Shown here: positions 60,270 through 64,000 of the stretch, piece after piece | Numbering within the stretch: position 1 is the stretch's first letter | How the letters are laid out: each line of letters begins with the position of its first letter | Assembly: GCA_963745035.1 (NCBI GenBank) | Contig: CAVUVW010000013.1 | Location: forward strand, 1,824,001-1,888,000 | DNA: 64,000 nucleotides | Direction: 5' to 3' | DNA from: an uncultured delta proteobacterium | GTDB taxonomy: Bacteria > Desulfobacterota > Binatia > UBA9968 | The notes under the pieces: generated by a model | What the model was told of the DNA's origin: nothing | Seen by the model: only the letters and a program-made list of their open reading frames with translations | Databases searched by the model: none | Made by a program: the position numbers and the translations under genes

Positions 60270-61415
60270 ATGGAATCCGCGCTCGTTTCCGGAATACAGG
60301 GTTTATTTCTCGGCGTTACGAATCTCGGTCTCGGTCATGTCATCATGATCCTGATCGGATCATTGCTGCTCTATCTCGGCATCAGCAAAGGCTACGAGCC
60401 GCTGCTCTTGGTGCCCATCGGCTTCGGCGCGATCCTGGTCAATATCCCGCTTTCGGAGATGATGGCCGAGGGCGGCTTCATCCGATTTTTCTATGACATC
60501 GGCGTGCGCACGGAGATTTTTCCGCTGCTGATTTTTCTCGGCATCGGCGCGATGACCGATTTCCAGCCATTGTTGGAAAACCCGAAAATCATCCTGCTCG
60601 GCGCCGCCGGGCAATTCGGCATCTTCATCACTTTGCTGCTCGCGCTGGCCATCGGCTTCGACAAACTCGACGCGGTCGCGGTTTCGATCATCGGCGCCTG
60701 CGACGGGCCGACGGCGATCTACGTGAGCTCCAAATTCGCTCCCCACCTGCTCGGCGCGGTCTCTGTGGCGGCGTACTCGTACATGTCATTGGTACCGCTG
60801 ATCCAGCCGCCGATCATGCGCGCTCTCACCACGGAAAAAGAGCGCATGATCGTCATGGGCGCGGTGAAGCAGCCGATCTCGCAGACCACCAAGATCATGT
60901 TTCCCATCGTGGTCACGATCTTCGCGTCGATCCTGGCGCCCAAAGGCGCGCCGCTCATCGGCACGGTCATGTTCGGCAATCTGATGAAGGAGTGCGGGGT
61001 CGTCGATCGCCTGAAACGCGCGTCGGAAAATGAGATCGCCAACATCGTGACCCTGCTGCTCGGCCTGTGCATCGGCGCGACCATGGAGGCCGGTAAGTTT
61101 TTGCAGACCCAGACGCTGCTGATCCTCGCGCTCGGGTTTATCGCCATCAGCCTCGACACCGCGGTCGGCGTGCTTTTCGGCAAGCTCATGTGCGCGCTCA
61201 CGGGCGGCAAGATCAATCCGCTGATCGGCGCGGCGGGGATCTCCGCCTTTCCCATGTCCGCGCGCGTCGTTCAGGCCGAAGGACAAAAGTACAACAAGAA
61301 AAACTATCTGCTCATGCACGCGATGAGCGCCAACGCCGGCGGGCAGATCGGCTCGGTGATCGCCGCCGCCGTCATGCTCTCGGTGCTGCAAGGCATGGGC
61401 ATCGTCGGGCAGTAA
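60270..61415 (+). CDS. Na+-translocating decarboxylase beta subunit (OadB/MmdB/GcdB family)
   Basis: EPLLLVPIGFG, GAAGQFG, IIGACDGPT, VAAYSYM, NPLIGAAGISAFPMSAR. Confidence 0.95.
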   Translation: MESALVSGIQGLFLGVTNLGLGHVIMILIGSLLLYLGISKGYEPLLLVPIGFGAILVNIPLSEMMAEGGFIRFFYDIGVRTEIFPLLIFLGIGAMTDFQPLLENPKIILLGAAGQFGIFITLLLALAIGFDKLDAVAVSIIGACDGPTAIYVSSKFAPHLLGAVSVAAYSYMSLVPLIQPPIMRALTTEKERMIVMGAVKQPISQTTKIMFPIVVTIFASILAPKGAPLIGTVMFGNLMKECGVVDRLKRASENEIANIVTLLLGLCIGATMEAGKFLQTQTLLILALGFIAISLDTAVGVLFGKLMCALTGGKINPLIGAAGISAFPMSARVVQAEGQKYNKKNYLLMHAMSANAGGQIGSVIAAAVMLSVLQGMGIVGQ

Positions 61416-61418
61416 TCT

Positions 61419-62975
61419 ATGGCGCAGACCAGAAACGATCTGGAAAAACGGCTCGCCGCCCTCGAGCAGGTGGCGCGCGACGCCGATCCGAAAGCCGCCG
61501 CCAAGCAGCGCGCCGAAGGCAAGCTCACCGCCCGCGAGCGCGTCGAGAAACTGCTTGACCCCGGCACTTTCGTCGAAGAATTCATGCTCGCGGAAACCCA
61601 GTGCAGCGAGTTCGGCATGGCGGAGAAGCGCTTGCCGTCGGACGGCGTGGTCACCGGCTTTGGCAAGATCGACGGCAGGCCCGTTTACGTTTACTCCCAG
61701 GACCGCGCCGTGCTGGCCGGCAGCGTCGGCAGCGCGCACGCGGAGAAAATCGCCTACGTGATCCAGACTGCGCGCAAGCTCGGCGTGCCGGTCATCGGGC
61801 TCAACGACTCGGCGGGCGCGCGCATTCAGGAAGGCTTGTCGGTCACCTCGGCGATCGGCAAAATCTTCTACGAGAACAGCATCGCCTCGGGCTGCATCCC
61901 GCAGATCTCCGCGATCATGGGGCCGTGCATCGGCGTCGGCTCCTATTCGCCGGCGCTCACCGATTTCATTATCCAGGTGCAAAATACCAGCCAGATGTTC
62001 ATCACCGGCCCCGCCGTCATCAAGGAAGTGCTCGGCGAAACCGTGACGATGGAAGAGCTCGGCGGCGCGAAGATCCACTCCGAAGTTTCCGGCGTCACCG
62101 ATCTGGTGGCCAAGGACGACGAAGAATGTCTGGCGCATGATCCGCCGGCTCGTCGGCTTTCTGCCGTCGAGCTTTGAAGCGGCGCCGCCGCGCAAGACGC
62201 CCACCGACGATCCCGGCGCGGTCGCTCGAAACCTTGGAAACAATCGTGCCCGAAGACATGAAGCGCGCCTACAATATCGTTCAAGTCATCAAAGCGATCG
62301 TCGACGACGGCGATTTTTTCGAGTTGAAGGCAAAGTTCGCGCGCAATCTGGTGATCGGCTTTGGCCGGCTCGACGGGTATCCGGTCGGCTTTGTCGCCAA
62401 TCAGCCGATGTTTCTCGCCGGCAGCCTGGACGTCGACGCTTCGGACAAGGCGGCGCGCTTCATCCGTTTTTGCGACGCTTTCAATATTCCGGTCATCACG
62501 CTGATGGACGTGCCCGGTTTTTTCCCGGGCAAACAGCAGGAAGAAAAAGGCATCATCCGCCACGGCGCGAAGATGCTCTACGCCTACGCCGAAGCGACCG
62601 TGCCGAAAATCACCGTGGTGCTGCGCAAAGGCTACGGCGGCGCCAAGCAGGCGCTTTGCACGCGCGAGATGGGCGCCGACCAACTCTTCGTTTGGCCGGG
62701 AGTCGAACTCGCGGTGATGGGCGGCGGCGGCGCGGTGAACGTGCTTTACCGGCGCGAGATCGAGCAGTCCGCCGACCCGGCCAAAACCCGCGCCGAGAAA
62801 ATCGCCGAGTATCAAGATCGCTTCAACGGCCCGTTCGAAGCGCTCTCGAAGCAGTTCGCCCAGGCGGCTATCCGCCCGCGCGAGACGCGCAGGCGCCTCA
62901 TCCAATGTCTGGAAGTTCTCGCGCCACAAAAAAGAAGAGCGGCCGAGAAAGAAACACGGTCTCATGCCGGTGTGA
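61419..62975 (+). CDS. Acyl-CoA carboxyltransferase (MmdA/PccB-like) with frameshifts (~62135, ~62225, ~62920)
   Basis: GKLTARERV, DSAGARIQEG, KAARFIRFCDAFNIP, DVPGF, RHGAK; RKKHGLMPV end. Confidence 0.88.
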
Positions 62976-63027
62976 GTGGAAAGCTTCGAAATCAGGAGCT
63001 CAACGGCGGAAAAGGAAATCGAGGGGT

Positions 63028-64000
63028 CTAGATCGACGCGGAGTACTTGCCGCTGGCGCTTTCGACGCAAAGCGATACAAAAAACGTGCTGCCTTTGCCT
63101 TCCTCGCTCTCGACCCAGATGCGCCCGCCGTGGGCTTCGATGATTTTTTTGCAGATCGCGAGACCGAGACCGGTGCCGCTGTGGCTGGAGCTCTGACCGC
63201 TGCTCACCTGGCGGTACTTGTCGAAAATGTGATCGAACTCCTCGTGCGGTATGCCGACGCCGGAATCTTTCACCCACCAGACCACTTCGGCATCGCCCCA
63301 GGCGCGCGCCGTGATCGAGATCTCGCCGCCGCTGGCGGTAAACTTAAAGGCATTGCTGAGCAGATTTTCCAGCACTTGCCCGACGCGCCGAACGTCGAGA
63401 AACAGGTGCGGCAAGTCGTCGCTGACATCGACGCTGAACGCAATCTTTTTCTTGTCGGCTTCCACCAAATGCTCGACGAACCCTTCGTTGAGCAGCGCGC
63501 GCAAATCCACCGGCGCCTTCGTCAGTTGCAACTGACCGGCGTCGATCTTGCTGATGTCGAGAAAATCGCTGACGTGGCCGATTAGGCTTTTGCAGCTCGT
63601 CTGCACTTTCCAGAGCCATTTCTGTTGCAGCTCGTTGATCGGGCCGAACAAGCCGTCGCGGATCGACTCGGTGATCGTAACCACATTGGACAGCGGCGAG
63701 CGTAGATCGTGCGCTACCATAGCGGTAAAATCAGCGAGGGTTTGTTCCGCCCGCTTGCGCTCCTCGATCTCCCGAAGCATCTCCTCGTTGGCCTGTATCG
63801 AGGCGCCATAGAGCCGCGCGTTCTCCACCGCCAGCGCGATCTGCAGCGACATCGCCTCCAAGAAGCGCCGTTCGTCGGCGCCGAAGGAGTGACTTTCGAC
63901 CTTCATGATCGTGATCGCCGCGCGCGGCTGCGCCTCCTGGCGCAGCGGCAGCACCGCCAGGGATCGAATCGCGCCTCTCGCCCCGGTAAATTCCGGCGCG
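63028..64000 (-). CDS. GAF-sensor histidine kinase, 3' part (start beyond window)
   Basis: IALAVENARLY, AHDLRSPL, NLLSNAFKF, DSGVGI, GTGLGL, HGGRIW. Confidence 0.93.
   Translation of the reverse strand, partial: APEFTGARGAIRSLAVLPLRQEAQPRAAITIMKVESHSFGADERRFLEAMSLQIALAVENARLYGASIQANEEMLREIEERKRAEQTLADFTAMVAHDLRSPLSNVVTITESIRDGLFGPINELQQKWLWKVQTSCKSLIGHVSDFLDISKIDAGQLQLTKAPVDLRALLNEGFVEHLVEADKKKIAFSVDVSDDLPHLFLDVRRVGQVLENLLSNAFKFTASGGEISITARAWGDAEVVWWVKDSGVGIPHEEFDHIFDKYRQVSSGQSSSHSGTGLGLAICKKIIEAHGGRIWVESEEGKGSTFFVSLCVESASGKYSASI

Overview
GC-rich bacterial chromosome segment with a deltaproteobacterial-type core gene order. The accessory genes (SsuA/NMT1-type binding protein, amidohydrolase, SDRs, bicupin) suggest Candidatus Binatia, but that is inference only. 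1-30 kb is mostly housekeeping on the minus strand: fusA (partial)-rpsG-rpsL-rpoC-rpoB-rplL/J/A/K-nusG-secE-rpmG-tuf, rlmB, lptFG (+), rplM-rpsI, tig-clpP-clpX-lon, rph-rdgB and 12 tRNAs. 30-36 kb is a damaged zone: frameshifted ALDH, an internally deleted yhaM-like remnant, an M24 peptidase remnant and a broken fumC. 39-46 kb is an A1-type aa3 cytochrome c oxidase cluster running into nadX, a TPP enzyme and an MFS transporter. 46-64 kb holds a catabolic cluster, an Mrp-DUF59-MEMO1 operon, two glycine-zipper lipoproteins, plsY, a bicupin, a Na+-translocating acyl-CoA decarboxylase cluster and a partial sensor kinase. Single-base indels in conserved genes such as clpP point to long-read consensus errors, so many frameshifts may not be real. 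No CRISPR array, transposase or prophage is evident. Best leads: (1) a tandem lipoprotein pair sharing a 54-aa identical glycine zipper despite about 22 synonymous codon changes; (2) a MEMO1 protein with a PqqD/RRE-like N-terminus in an Fe-S carrier operon; (3) several families of intergenic heptamer/octamer hairpins and REP/MITE-like elements; (4) a small CxxC membrane protein inside the oxidase operon; (5) the Na+-pumping decarboxylase.
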